50,028 nt of DNA from assembly GCA_958428675.1 (NCBI GenBank), contig CAUAGV010000001.1, positions 1-50,028 of the forward strand, in the 5' to 3' direction. The position numbers were made by a program, and so were the translations under genes. The notes below the pieces were generated by a model. It saw only the letters and a program-made list of their open reading frames with translations, was not told the DNA's origin and searched no databases. This DNA comes from an uncultured Collinsella sp. (GTDB lineage: Bacteria > Actinomycetota > Coriobacteriia > Coriobacteriales > Coriobacteriaceae). Of the stretch, positions 1 through 8,920 are shown piece after piece; the first letter of the stretch is position 1; every line of letters starts with the position of its first letter.

Positions 1-55
1 AAGCGTCCTAGTGTTCGCTTCTAATAAAGAAGGCCAAGATTCGGGACGCAGTTCA

Positions 56-111
56 ATTTAAGCCTGTCCCCAATGAGTGGTTTCAGTCATTTAAGTCTGT
101 CCCCAATGACT
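56..111. repeat. Two tandem copies of the REP-like GTCCCC-loop hairpin family
   Basis: atttaagcctgtccccaatgagtg (56-79) and agtcatt-taagtctgtcccc-aatgact (85-111); same family at 8596, 29025, 30741, 42484, 42634, 47358, 48582. Confidence 0.75.
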
Positions 112-206
112 ACCCAATGAGTGGGCGTCGCGCTTGACTTCGACCCCGCTTTAACGGGTACCATCCTCTATGTCTGTAATGCCATATAGACCGAGGGGAT
201 AGATCT

Positions 207-1412
207 ATGACCGCAACTGCACCCGCAGCACCCGCTAAGGTGTACTTCACCAGCCTGCGCACGCATGCTCGCGAGAGCCAGCTCGACAAACTCAAGCGCC
301 TCATCCGTCGCGCCGGTATTGAGCAGATTGACTTCGAGAACAAGTTCGTCGCCATTAAGATTCACTTTGGCGAGCTGGGCAATCTGAGCTTTTTGCGCCC
401 CAACTACGCCCGCGCCGTCGCAGATGTCGTGAAGGAGCTGGGTGGCAAGCCCTTCCTCACCGATTGCAACACGCTCTATGTGGGTAGCCGCAAAAACGCG
501 CTCGAGCACATCGACACCGCGTATCAGAACGGCTTTACCCCGTATGCCACGGGCTGCCAGATCATCATCGCCGACGGCCTCAAGGGCACCGACGAGGCAC
601 TCGTCCCGGTCGAGGGCGGTGAGTACGTGCGCGAGGCAAAGATCGGCCAGGCACTCATGGATGCCGACATCGTGATCAGCCTTACGCACTTTAAGGGCCA
701 TGAGCAGGCGGGCTTTGGTGGCGCCATGAAGAACCTGGGCATGGGAGGCGGCAGCCGTGCCGGCAAGATGGAGCAGCATGCCGCCGGCAAGCCGAGCGTC
801 GATACTACCAACTGCGTAGGTTGCCGTGCCTGCGAGAAGATTTGCGCGCACAGCGCCATCACGTTTGACGGTACGCGTGAGCGCGAGCTTGCCAACGGCA
901 GCACCCGCACGGTTCACGTGGCTACCATCGACCACGATCGCTGCGTGGGCTGCGGACGCTGCATTGCGGCGTGCAACCAGGACTGCATCAAGCCCGACTA
1001 TGACGCCGCGGCCGACGTACTCAACTACAAGATCGCCGAGTATACGAAGGCCGTTGTCCAGGATCGCCCCAGCTTCCATATTTCGCTCGCCATGGACATC
1101 AGCCCCAACTGCGATTGCCATCCCGAGAATGACACGCCCATCGTCAACGACATTGGCATGTTCGCGAGCTTCGATCCGGTCGCCATCGACCAGGCCTGCG
1201 CCGACGCCGTCCTGGCGTCCGAGCCGCTGCCCAACACCGAGCTCACTGACAGCGCGGCCAAGATGGAGCACAATCACGAGCATCTGGAGGGCGAGCAGGC
1301 CAAGGATCCCTTCTGCATCACGCATCCCGACACCGACTGGCGCGCGTGCATCGCGCATGCCGAGAAGATCGGCCTGGGCACGAGCAAGTACGAGCTCATC
1401 GAGGTCAAATAG
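207..1412 (+). CDS. DUF362-domain Fe-S protein with a 2x[4Fe-4S] ferredoxin module
   Basis: KIHFGELGN, THFKGH..GFGGAMKNLGMG, CVGCRACEKIC, CVGCGRCIAAC, SPNCDC; GAGGGG RBS. Confidence 0.85.
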   Translation: MTATAPAAPAKVYFTSLRTHARESQLDKLKRLIRRAGIEQIDFENKFVAIKIHFGELGNLSFLRPNYARAVADVVKELGGKPFLTDCNTLYVGSRKNALEHIDTAYQNGFTPYATGCQIIIADGLKGTDEALVPVEGGEYVREAKIGQALMDADIVISLTHFKGHEQAGFGGAMKNLGMGGGSRAGKMEQHAAGKPSVDTTNCVGCRACEKICAHSAITFDGTRERELANGSTRTVHVATIDHDRCVGCGRCIAACNQDCIKPDYDAAADVLNYKIAEYTKAVVQDRPSFHISLAMDISPNCDCHPENDTPIVNDIGMFASFDPVAIDQACADAVLASEPLPNTELTDSAAKMEHNHEHLEGEQAKDPFCITHPDTDWRACIAHAEKIGLGTSKYELIEVK

Positions 1413-1459
1413 CGCCTAGCTATTGGACAAAAAAGCGCATTCGTGGCGTAATTCAAGCA

Positions 1460-1497
1460 AAATCCGCCCGCGAGCACAGCGCTCGCGGGCGGATTTC
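1460..1497 (+). terminator. Strong hairpin downstream of the DUF362 gene, between convergent genes
   Basis: aaatccgcccgcgagc / gctcgcgggcggattt inverted repeat. Confidence 0.55.
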
Positions 1498-1662
1498 CGT
1501 AAGTATGCGGCAAATTTCGAGACCGCCGAGCACACGACGTTTTTTGGCAACAAAACCCCTGATAAATTGTTGATAAAACTGCGGTCTGGTCGGCAGTTCC
1601 AGATTTTGCCGCATACTTCCGAAAATAGGGGGTCAGATAAAGCCCCGGACGTTGCTTTTTGC

Positions 1663-2628
1663 CTAAAAATTCTCGTCGAGGAAGTCGTCGACCGTATTCC
1701 AGTAGAGCTCGGGGTCAACTTGCGCACTCTTGGCGTGGGTAGCGCCATGGATGGTGAGCTTTTGCTTGACCTTGCTGGCGCACACGTCGTAGTTTTGGTC
1801 GAGCATGTCGTACGGCACAAAGGTGTCCTGGTCGCCGTGGATGAACAACATGGGAACCGTCGCGTGTTTGAGTTGCTCCACACTGCTCGCCTTATGAAAG
1901 TCGTAGCCCGCGCGCACGTTGCACACCAGGTTGGCCACATCGAGCAAGGGAAAGCTGGGCAGCCCAAATACATCCTTGAGCTGCAGAGAAAACTCGTCCC
2001 AAACACTCGTATAGCCACAGTCCTCGATAATGCATTTCACGTTTGCGGGCAGAGACTCCCCCGCGACGTTCATGGCCGTCGCCGCGCCCATCGATTCGCC
2101 AAAGACCAGGATGCGCGCCTCGGGGTCGGACTGAACGATTCGCCCGATCCACGCGACAACATCGAGACGCTCGGGCCAGCCCATGCCGATATAGTCGCCG
2201 CCGGAGCGCTCATGGGCGCGGGCGGCGGGTGCGAGTACGTTCATGCCGCGGTCATGGAATCGTTTGGCGTATCGGGCCATACCGATGGGCTCATCGGTGT
2301 ATCCGTGTAGGCAGATAGCGTAATTGTGCGTGCTCTCTGGGGCGGCAAAATACCAAGCGGCAAGTTCGGTTCCGTCATCTGCGGTGAGGCTGCTGCTCTC
2401 GCGGTTCTCTTTAAACCATGCCCGCGCCTCGGTTCCCTCGGCATCCGGCTGCTCACTTTCCTTGCCGTCCTTGCCGTCCTGCATCATCTTCATGGTGTAC
2501 GGCGCTTGGGGGTTCAGGGCAAAGTCAAACAAAAAGTTGCCGGCAAACCCCAGCAGCGCAACGACAACCACCAGTGCAACGATGCCGGCTATCTTGAGCT
2601 TTCGATGGGAATGTGCGTTTTGAGCCAT
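1663..2628 (-). CDS. Membrane-anchored alpha/beta hydrolase (YqkD-like)
   Basis: N-terminal TM helix, LHGY, GESMG nucleophile elbow, IHGDQDTFVP, C-terminal His. Confidence 0.85.
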   Translation of the reverse strand: MAQNAHSHRKLKIAGIVALVVVVALLGFAGNFLFDFALNPQAPYTMKMMQDGKDGKESEQPDAEGTEARAWFKENRESSSLTADDGTELAAWYFAAPESTHNYAICLHGYTDEPIGMARYAKRFHDRGMNVLAPAARAHERSGGDYIGMGWPERLDVVAWIGRIVQSDPEARILVFGESMGAATAMNVAGESLPANVKCIIEDCGYTSVWDEFSLQLKDVFGLPSFPLLDVANLVCNVRAGYDFHKASSVEQLKHATVPMLFIHGDQDTFVPYDMLDQNYDVCASKVKQKLTIHGATHAKSAQVDPELYWNTVDDFLDENF

Positions 2629-2814
2629 GCGGTATTCTCCTATAAGATGTTAATACATCAACATTTAAAACAAGCGCATTATGGATGTTCGCCGTTGACG
2701 CGTCAACAGGCAAAGAATGGGTAAACAAAGGGTCACGTATGGTGCAAATTTCGCATGTACCCAGACGCTTTGATATAGTGTTGAGAACTCTTTACATTGG
2801 AGGATGTAACCGGC

Positions 2815-3498
2815 ATGTCCGATTCGAGCGACAGTTCCAAGCCGCGACCCAAGACCGCGGCCGTTCCACACTACACGGTGGGCGAGGAGATCATGAACTC
2901 CGTCACCCATGGTGTCGGCTGCCTGCTGGGTATCGCGGGCCTGGTGCTCCTGATCGTATTCGCTGCCCTGCGCGGCGGCGGCCCGGCCCACATGGCCGCA
3001 GCGATTGTCTATGGCGTCAGTATCATCCTCGAATACTTGGCTTCCACGCTCTATCACGCGATTCAGCCCGCTCGCGCCAAGCGCGTGTTTCGCATCATCG
3101 ACCACAGCTGTATCTACCTGCTCATAGCCGGCAGCTATACCCCGTTTTGCCTCATCACGCTCGCAAACGACGGCGGCCCTACGTTGTTCTTTGCCGTATG
3201 GGCCATCGCCATCGTCGGGATTGCCCTCGAGTGCTTTTTGCGCGAGCGCCAGCCGCATTGGGTAAGTGGCCTGGTCTATCTGCTGATGGGCTGGCTCGTC
3301 GTCTTTAAGCTGCCCGAGCTCGTGTCGCTGCTCAACCCCGTGGCGCTTGCCCTGCTCGCTGTCGGCGGCGTGTGCTATACCGTGGGCGTGCCGTTCTATA
3401 TCGCCAAAAACGTGCGCTATCTGCACAGTGTTTTCCACTTGTGGGTGCTCGCCGGCAGCATCTTCCAGTTCATGGCGGTGATTCTCTTCGTAATCTAG
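2815..3498 (+). CDS. Hemolysin III / PAQR family membrane protein
   Basis: EEIMNSVTH, STLYH, DHSCIYLLIAGSYTPF, HSVFHLWV; ATG 2815 after GGAGG. Confidence 0.9.
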   Translation: MSDSSDSSKPRPKTAAVPHYTVGEEIMNSVTHGVGCLLGIAGLVLLIVFAALRGGGPAHMAAAIVYGVSIILEYLASTLYHAIQPARAKRVFRIIDHSCIYLLIAGSYTPFCLITLANDGGPTLFFAVWAIAIVGIALECFLRERQPHWVSGLVYLLMGWLVVFKLPELVSLLNPVALALLAVGGVCYTVGVPFYIAKNVRYLHSVFHLWVLAGSIFQFMAVILFVI

Positions 3499-3606
3499 CG
3501 ACCGCGCCCACGGCCCCGCTCGCACGGGCGACCGGCGCAATTGCCCTATCCGTCACCTACGCTTACTACCCAACGTCCCGAATCTTGGAGGTTCGAGAAA
3601 CTCCCG

Positions 3607-4980
3607 ATGGACATAACCATCTCCCTTATTACCACGCTCGTCCTGACGCTTATCAACGGCTACTTCTCCATGTCCGAGATGGCTCTCACCACGGCTAAGC
3701 GCGCCGTGTTGGAACACGATGCCGAGGAGGGCGATAAGCGCGCCGAGCGCGCCGTCCAGCTTGCCGCCGATTCCGACCAGCTGCTCGCCACCATTCAGGT
3801 CGCCATCACGCTCGTGGGCTTCGCCTCGTCCGCCGTCGCCTCGACGAGCCTGTCCGACCCGCTCGCCACATGGCTCATGAGCTTTGGCATCGCGCCGCTT
3901 TCCGCCATCGCGCGCGGCCTGGCGCCGGTCATCATCACCGTCGCGGTCGCCTTTGTGTCCATCGTGATCGGCGAGCTTGTGCCCAAGCGCATCGGCCTCG
4001 CAAACGCCGAGGGCGTATCCAAGCAGGTCGTGGGACCGCTTTCCGTGTTCCAAAAGATCGCCCGCCCGCTCGTGTGGCTGACCGGTGCCTGCTCCGACGG
4101 CCTGGCCCGCATCCTGCGCATCAAGAGCGCCGACGACCGTCAGAACGTCTCGGAAGAAGAGATCAAGTACATGGTCTCGGAGCAGGACGACCTGCTCGAC
4201 GAGGAAAAGCGCATGATCCACGAGATCTTCGATCTGGGCGACACCGTGGCTCGCGAGGTCATGGTGCCGCGCGTGGACACCACCATGTGCGAGGACGATG
4301 AGACGGTCGCCGACGTGCTGTCCACCATGCGCCAGACCGGCTTCAGCCGCATCCCCGTCTATCACGAGGACCCCGACAACGTCGCGGGCATCGCGCACAT
4401 CAAGGACCTGATTCAGCCCGCGCTCGACGGCAAGGGCGACCAGCCCATTGCCGACTTTTTGCGCGACGCCACCTTTGTGCCCGATACCAAGGACATCCTG
4501 CCGCTGCTGTCCGAGATGCAGACCTCGCACGACCAGATCGTGGTCGTCGTGGACGAGTACGGCGGCACGGCCGGCATCATCACCATCGAAGATATCGTCG
4601 AGGAGATCGTCGGCGAGATCGAGGACGAGTTCGACCCCGACAACAAGTACCTCACGCGCCTTTCGCGCCGTGAGTGGCTCGTCGATGGGCGTTTTTCGTG
4701 CGATGACGCGATTGAGCTTGGTTGGCCGCTCGAGGAAAGCGATGATTATGAGACCATCGCCGGCTGGATTTTGGAACTTTGCGACTCGGTGCCCGACATC
4801 GGAGAGGTGTTTGAGGTCGCGGGGTACAAGTTCAAGGTACAGTCGATGCGTGGCCAGCGCATCTCGCTCATTCGCGTGATCGCTCCGGCCGAAACCGATA
4901 AGAAGGATTCCGAGTCCTCGGCAGAGAAGCCGGCGGCGTCGGGTGTGGGCTCTGCGGATCCGCACGATGGCGACGAGTAG
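3607..4980 (+). CDS. CNNM/CorC/HlyC family protein (DUF21 + CBS pair + CorC_HlyC), putative Mg2+ efflux
   Basis: FSMSEMA, GELVPKRIG, REVMVPR, FSRIPVY, VVDEYGGTAGIITIEDIVEEIVGEI; ATG 3607 after GGAGG. Confidence 0.9.
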   Translation: MDITISLITTLVLTLINGYFSMSEMALTTAKRAVLEHDAEEGDKRAERAVQLAADSDQLLATIQVAITLVGFASSAVASTSLSDPLATWLMSFGIAPLSAIARGLAPVIITVAVAFVSIVIGELVPKRIGLANAEGVSKQVVGPLSVFQKIARPLVWLTGACSDGLARILRIKSADDRQNVSEEEIKYMVSEQDDLLDEEKRMIHEIFDLGDTVAREVMVPRVDTTMCEDDETVADVLSTMRQTGFSRIPVYHEDPDNVAGIAHIKDLIQPALDGKGDQPIADFLRDATFVPDTKDILPLLSEMQTSHDQIVVVVDEYGGTAGIITIEDIVEEIVGEIEDEFDPDNKYLTRLSRREWLVDGRFSCDDAIELGWPLEESDDYETIAGWILELCDSVPDIGEVFEVAGYKFKVQSMRGQRISLIRVIAPAETDKKDSESSAEKPAASGVGSADPHDGDE

Positions 4981-5004
4981 GGCAAGGACGAGTAGGGGAG
5001 AGTT

Positions 5005-5838
5005 ATGGCAGGCCTGTTCAACATCCTTAAGGTCACCGTCAGCGAGGACAAGATTTGCGCGCACGTGCTGGTGAACCCCGGCATGCCGCTCATGACCTCG
5101 GAGGATATCGAGGCCACGGCGCGCGTGTACTACCTGGTGCCGGCGATTGCCAAGCATCTGTGCCTGGGCGATTCGGGTCGCGAGTTCCAGGACTGCATGG
5201 GCCAGACCGAGCTTTGCCACCTGTTGGAGCACGTGACGGTCGAGCTCATGAACGAGACCGGTCTTGCCGGCAGCATCTCGTGCGGTCGCACGCGCGTGAG
5301 CGAGCATGACGAGCGTGTCTTTGAGGTTGAGCTTTCGTGTCCCGATGACGCGTTGGCCATTGGCGCGCTTTCATCGGCGACCTTTATGATGGACTGGGCG
5401 TACCTGCACGCCGACCAGCCGTCCCCCGACGTGGAGGGCACGGTCGCGGGCCTGCGCAACCTGGTGCTGGGCATGCGTGCCGAAGCCGAGGGCAAGGACC
5501 CACACGAGGCTGTCGCCGCCGCGAACGGCGAGGACGTGGCCGAGGATGCGCCCGAGGACGACGCTCCTGCCGACGCCGGCGCTGAGCCCGTTGCCGAGGC
5601 GCCTGCTGAGCCCGAGTCTGCGGAGCCCCAAGGCGTCCCGAGCTTTGACGATGAGCCGCAGATGTCAATCGATACCGAGGGCGCGGTCGCCGAGAACCAC
5701 GAGGCCCCCGCGGCCGTCTTTGGCGGTGCGGCAACGGCTTCGTCCGGCTCGGCGCACGAGGGCAACCTGCCGCTCGTTGATGGCGCCGGCGAGGACCCGG
5801 CCTCCACGGTGGCCATGCCTGCCATGCCGCAGGAGTAG
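5005..5838 (+). CDS. Stand-alone cyanophycin-synthetase N-domain-like protein with an acidic low-complexity tail
   Basis: HLC-x18-HLLEHVTVEL...GRTR resembles the CphA1 N-domain C..HxxEH motif; the last ~120 aa are A/E/P/D rich. Confidence 0.65.
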   Translation: MAGLFNILKVTVSEDKICAHVLVNPGMPLMTSEDIEATARVYYLVPAIAKHLCLGDSGREFQDCMGQTELCHLLEHVTVELMNETGLAGSISCGRTRVSEHDERVFEVELSCPDDALAIGALSSATFMMDWAYLHADQPSPDVEGTVAGLRNLVLGMRAEAEGKDPHEAVAAANGEDVAEDAPEDDAPADAGAEPVAEAPAEPESAEPQGVPSFDDEPQMSIDTEGAVAENHEAPAAVFGGAATASSGSAHEGNLPLVDGAGEDPASTVAMPAMPQE

Positions 5839-5917
5839 GCTCACTCGCTTATCACCATCATGTACCTGCGCTTTTACCGTACGCAGATGAGCGCGACGGC
5901 AAGTGTTGCGCTGCGGG

Positions 5918-5923
5918 TATAAT
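5918..5923 (+). promoter_or_regulatory. -10 box upstream of the ytxH-like gene
   Basis: Perfect TATAAT about 50 nt before the start, in GC-rich DNA. Confidence 0.45.
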
Positions 5924-5974
5924 GGACAGCATTCAAACGGTGGGCATCGAGATGCCCGCAGGAGAGGAATGATC

Positions 5975-6364
5975 ATGGGAAAGACTTTCAGCTTTGTCTC
6001 CGGTGCGCTCTTTGGTGCTGCCGCCGGCGCTATCATCGGCGTTGCTCTGGCCCCGCGCTCGGGTGCCGAGACCCGCGCCATGGCCGCCGATATCGCCAAC
6101 GATGCCTGGGACAACATGCGTGACACCTACGAGCACAGTGCCGAGGAGGCTCGTGCCGCGGTCAACGACTTTGGTCCGATGGTCGACGCCAAGACCGATG
6201 ACCTGCGCGCCAAGGTCGACCTGGCCCGCGAGCGCATGGACCAGCTTCGCGAGCAGCTCAACGACGCCATCTCGGGCGGCAACGTGACGCCCGCTGCCGA
6301 CGTCGTGGTCGAGAACGTCGCTGAGGCCGACACCGAGGCCACGGAGCCCTCGACCGAGGCATAA
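5975..6364 (+). CDS. YtxH-domain protein
   Basis: FVSGALFGAAAGAIIGVALAPRSGAETR; alternative start 5969. Confidence 0.8.
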   Translation: MGKTFSFVSGALFGAAAGAIIGVALAPRSGAETRAMAADIANDAWDNMRDTYEHSAEEARAAVNDFGPMVDAKTDDLRAKVDLARERMDQLREQLNDAISGGNVTPAADVVVENVAEADTEATEPSTEA

Positions 6365-7119
6365 TGCGCGCAGGGGATTTTGTCGGCGTCAAGGTTTATC
6401 GCAAGCCTGCCGAAGACAAGCGCACCAAAAAGGACGGCACGCCGCGCAGCCCTAAAAAGCTCGGCAAGATTCACTTTCCCGTCTTTACCCCGGGCGGCAC
6501 GCGCGTGGTGGGCTTTATGGTCCGCCAGTCCGATATCGCGGGCATGATCGAGCGCCCCGACCGCTTTGTGGCGCTCGATGCCATCGGCGTCTATGAGGGT
6601 GCCGTCGCGGTCGACGACGTCAAGGGTACCTACGATGCCGCCGCGGCCAAGCGCCTCGATATCAACCTGGACGATTGCATCATCTGGGTTGGCATGGACG
6701 TGCGCACGGAATCGGGCGATATCGTGGGCTACTGCTCTGACGTTGAGTTCAAGCCGCGCTCGGGTATTGTGCAGATGTTCTACGTGACCGCCGGTGCCGC
6801 TTCGAGCGTGCTGGTGGGCGACACACAGGTGCCGCCGACGATGCTGCGCGGCTACGAGAACGGCGCGATGATTGTCTCGGACGAGGTCAAGGCGCTCGGG
6901 TATTCGGGCGGCGCGGCCGCCAAGGCTGCCGAGGCCAGTGTCGTGGTGGGCGATAAGGTCAAGAAGGGCGCCAAGGTGCTCGATGACAAGGGGTCGGTCG
7001 CCGTGGACAAGGGCAGCCGCGCACTGGGCAAGCAGCTCGGCAAGACGCGCGGTATGTTCAAGGCCTTTAAGGACGAATATCAAAAGGCGAGCGGGGGCTC
7101 GTCAAAAGCTAGCAAATAG
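6364..7119 (+). CDS. PRC-barrel domain protein
   Basis: GMDVRTESGDIVGYCSDVEF PRC signature; TAATG stop/start overlap with the upstream gene. Confidence 0.65.
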   Translation: MRAGDFVGVKVYRKPAEDKRTKKDGTPRSPKKLGKIHFPVFTPGGTRVVGFMVRQSDIAGMIERPDRFVALDAIGVYEGAVAVDDVKGTYDAAAAKRLDINLDDCIIWVGMDVRTESGDIVGYCSDVEFKPRSGIVQMFYVTAGAASSVLVGDTQVPPTMLRGYENGAMIVSDEVKALGYSGGAAAKAAEASVVVGDKVKKGAKVLDDKGSVAVDKGSRALGKQLGKTRGMFKAFKDEYQKASGGSSKASK

Positions 7120-7140
7120 CGACGTACCAAATGATGGGAG

Positions 7141-7170
7141 GCGAGCCGGAGACATGTTGCTCCGGCTCGC
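7141..7170 (+). terminator. Hairpin after the PRC-barrel gene
   Basis: gcgagccggag / ctccggctcgc, weak U tail. Confidence 0.4.
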
Positions 7171-7191
7171 TGTGTTTATGGGGGAGGGCAC

Positions 7192-8598
7192 ATGCGCCAA
7201 AACGGATCTAACTTAAACGGGCGCTCGGGTGCGCGTCCGACGGCGCGCCGCGACCTGGGGCAACTGCCCAGCGGTCAGCGTCGACGTCGCCGTAAGCCCG
7301 GCGCGATGTACCTCAACCATAGCCGTGGATTTAGCGATCGCAGCGCGCGCATCGGCAACGGGCGCTCGCCGCGTCGTCCGTCTCGCCTGCCCTATGCGCT
7401 CATCGCCGTGGGTTGCGCGCTCGTGCTGTTTATCGCTGCCGTCGTGGGCTACGTCAACCGTAGCGTGGACGTGGAGCTCAACGGGCAAAAGACCGCGGTG
7501 CGCGTGGGCTCTACGTTGCAGAATCTTATCGACGATCAAAGCCTGACCGAAACGTACGACGCCGGCGATCTGCTGGCCGTCGACGACAGTGTGCTCAAGC
7601 GCCATGGCGGCGAAAAGCTGTCGGTGAAGATCGACGGCAAGCGCGTGAAGCAAGGCAAATGGGATAGTCGTGAGCTCACGGGCGGCGAGAAGGTGACGGT
7701 CAAGGATGGCCGCAACACCTACGAAAAGCACGAGGTCCAGGCCACGACTATCGAGCCAAAGCTCAAGGTCGAGGGCACGGGTGCCATTGAGTATGTCAAA
7801 ACCTGGGGCGTTCAGGGCCGCTCCGAGGTATGGGTCGGCGAGCAGTCGGGCAAGACGCAGGACCGCGGCGAGGTCGTGCCCGCCACCGACTGTGTAGTCG
7901 AGTGCGCAAGCGTAGCGCCCAAGGGCAACGAAAAGTACGTGGCCCTGACATTTGACGAGGGTCCGAGTGGCGCGACCAAGCAGATCTTGCAGGTGCTCAA
8001 GGAAAAGGGCGTCACGGCGACGTTCTTCCTTTCGGGCGATGCCGCGGAAGCCTCGCCCGCTACTGCCAAAGCGATTGTCGATGCCGGGTGCGAGATCGGC
8101 TCCAACAGCTACATCGATGATTCGCTCAAGGGCGAGGATCGCGAGACGGTGCGCAAGCAGATCACGAAGGGCACCGAGGCGATTAAGTCGGCGACCGGCG
8201 TCGAGACGATGTTGCTGCGTGCCCCCTACGCCGCGTTTGACGAGCAAAACTGGATCGACTCGATGGACCTGGTGTCCACCGTGGTTTCGTGGAATATCGA
8301 CTCGGGCGACTGGCTGCTCAACGGTGCCGACGAGCAGGTCTCGACGGTGCTCGATTCGGTGACGCCCGGCAATATCGTGCTGCTCACCGATAGAGACGAA
8401 TGCGCCGAGCAGACGCTCGAGGCGCTGCCGCAGATTATCGACGGCCTTGTCGCCGACGGCTACAAGATCGTGACGATCAGCGACCTGGTCAAGACGGACA
8501 CGGCATTGAGCAAAAAGCTCACCTCGCTCACCAAGGTTTCCATGCCCAAAAACGCCGTGTTCCCCCAACTCCCCGAGGACGATGACACCGCAGAGTAG
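7192..8598 (+). CDS. Membrane-anchored polysaccharide deacetylase (CE4/NodB) family protein, metal ligands apparently lost
   Basis: Basic N-terminus plus TM helix; TFDEGP, RAPY and DSGDW retained; His motifs replaced (GSNSYID, LLTD). Confidence 0.8.
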   Translation: MRQNGSNLNGRSGARPTARRDLGQLPSGQRRRRRKPGAMYLNHSRGFSDRSARIGNGRSPRRPSRLPYALIAVGCALVLFIAAVVGYVNRSVDVELNGQKTAVRVGSTLQNLIDDQSLTETYDAGDLLAVDDSVLKRHGGEKLSVKIDGKRVKQGKWDSRELTGGEKVTVKDGRNTYEKHEVQATTIEPKLKVEGTGAIEYVKTWGVQGRSEVWVGEQSGKTQDRGEVVPATDCVVECASVAPKGNEKYVALTFDEGPSGATKQILQVLKEKGVTATFFLSGDAAEASPATAKAIVDAGCEIGSNSYIDDSLKGEDRETVRKQITKGTEAIKSATGVETMLLRAPYAAFDEQNWIDSMDLVSTVVSWNIDSGDWLLNGADEQVSTVLDSVTPGNIVLLTDRDECAEQTLEALPQIIDGLVADGYKIVTISDLVKTDTALSKKLTSLTKVSMPKNAVFPQLPEDDDTAE

Positions 8599-8698
8599 TC
8601 ATGTAAGAACGTCCCCAATGGCTATGTCACGGATACGTCAGTGTTTGGTATGCCTGCAATGTGCAGCGCATAAATTCGGCGCCGCAGCGCGATGCTGA

Positions 8699-8707
8699 TG
8701 CTATAGT
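8699..8707 (+). promoter_or_regulatory. Extended -10 promoter for the mgtE-NRMT operon
   Basis: TGcTATAGT about 215 nt upstream of the TTG start. Confidence 0.5.
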
Positions 8708-8743
8708 TACTGCGGTTAATGAGGGTCAAGAGAAAGGTTACAG

Positions 8744-8776
8744 GTGAAATCCAAACCTCGACCATACAGTCGATGA
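8744..8776 (+). CDS. Putative 10-aa leader peptide MKSKPRPYSR upstream of the mgtE-like gene
   Basis: GAAAGG RBS at 8732-8737, GTG start, TGA stop; embedded in alternative pairings. Confidence 0.5.
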   Translation: MKSKPRPYSR

Positions 8777-8920
8777 CCCCATGCAGGTGCTTTCTGCGCG
8801 TGCACGGGGTGTGAGCGTCGAGCGGCGTGCCGCCCGCGCATGCGTATACATGTCTAAAAGTCCATGGATTGCGTGCCGGCATGGTCACGCGGTCCGCAGG
8901 AATAATGATGGGGAGCACCA

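Noticed and set aside
168..1358. Long antisense/alternate-frame ORFs (e.g. 168-1358, 3553-5307, 7213-8568, 22468-23994, 29081-30667, 45351-47297)
   Set aside because: They shadow well-supported genes, lack family motifs and are expected in high-GC DNA with strong codon bias.
2815..4980. Haemolysin/virulence locus from the HlyIII and HlyC names
   Set aside because: Both families are widespread membrane/Mg2+ homeostasis proteins; the names are historical.
4972..4997. Direct repeat gacgagtaggg x2 at the CNNM stop
   Set aside because: An 11-bp local duplication with no element between the copies; it supplies the stop and next RBS, nothing more is supportable.
8710..8920. M-box (ykoK) or yybP-ykoY riboswitch upstream of mgtE
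   Set aside because: I could not find the conserved aptamer sequences by eye; a leader ORF explains the region better. An Infernal search is still needed.
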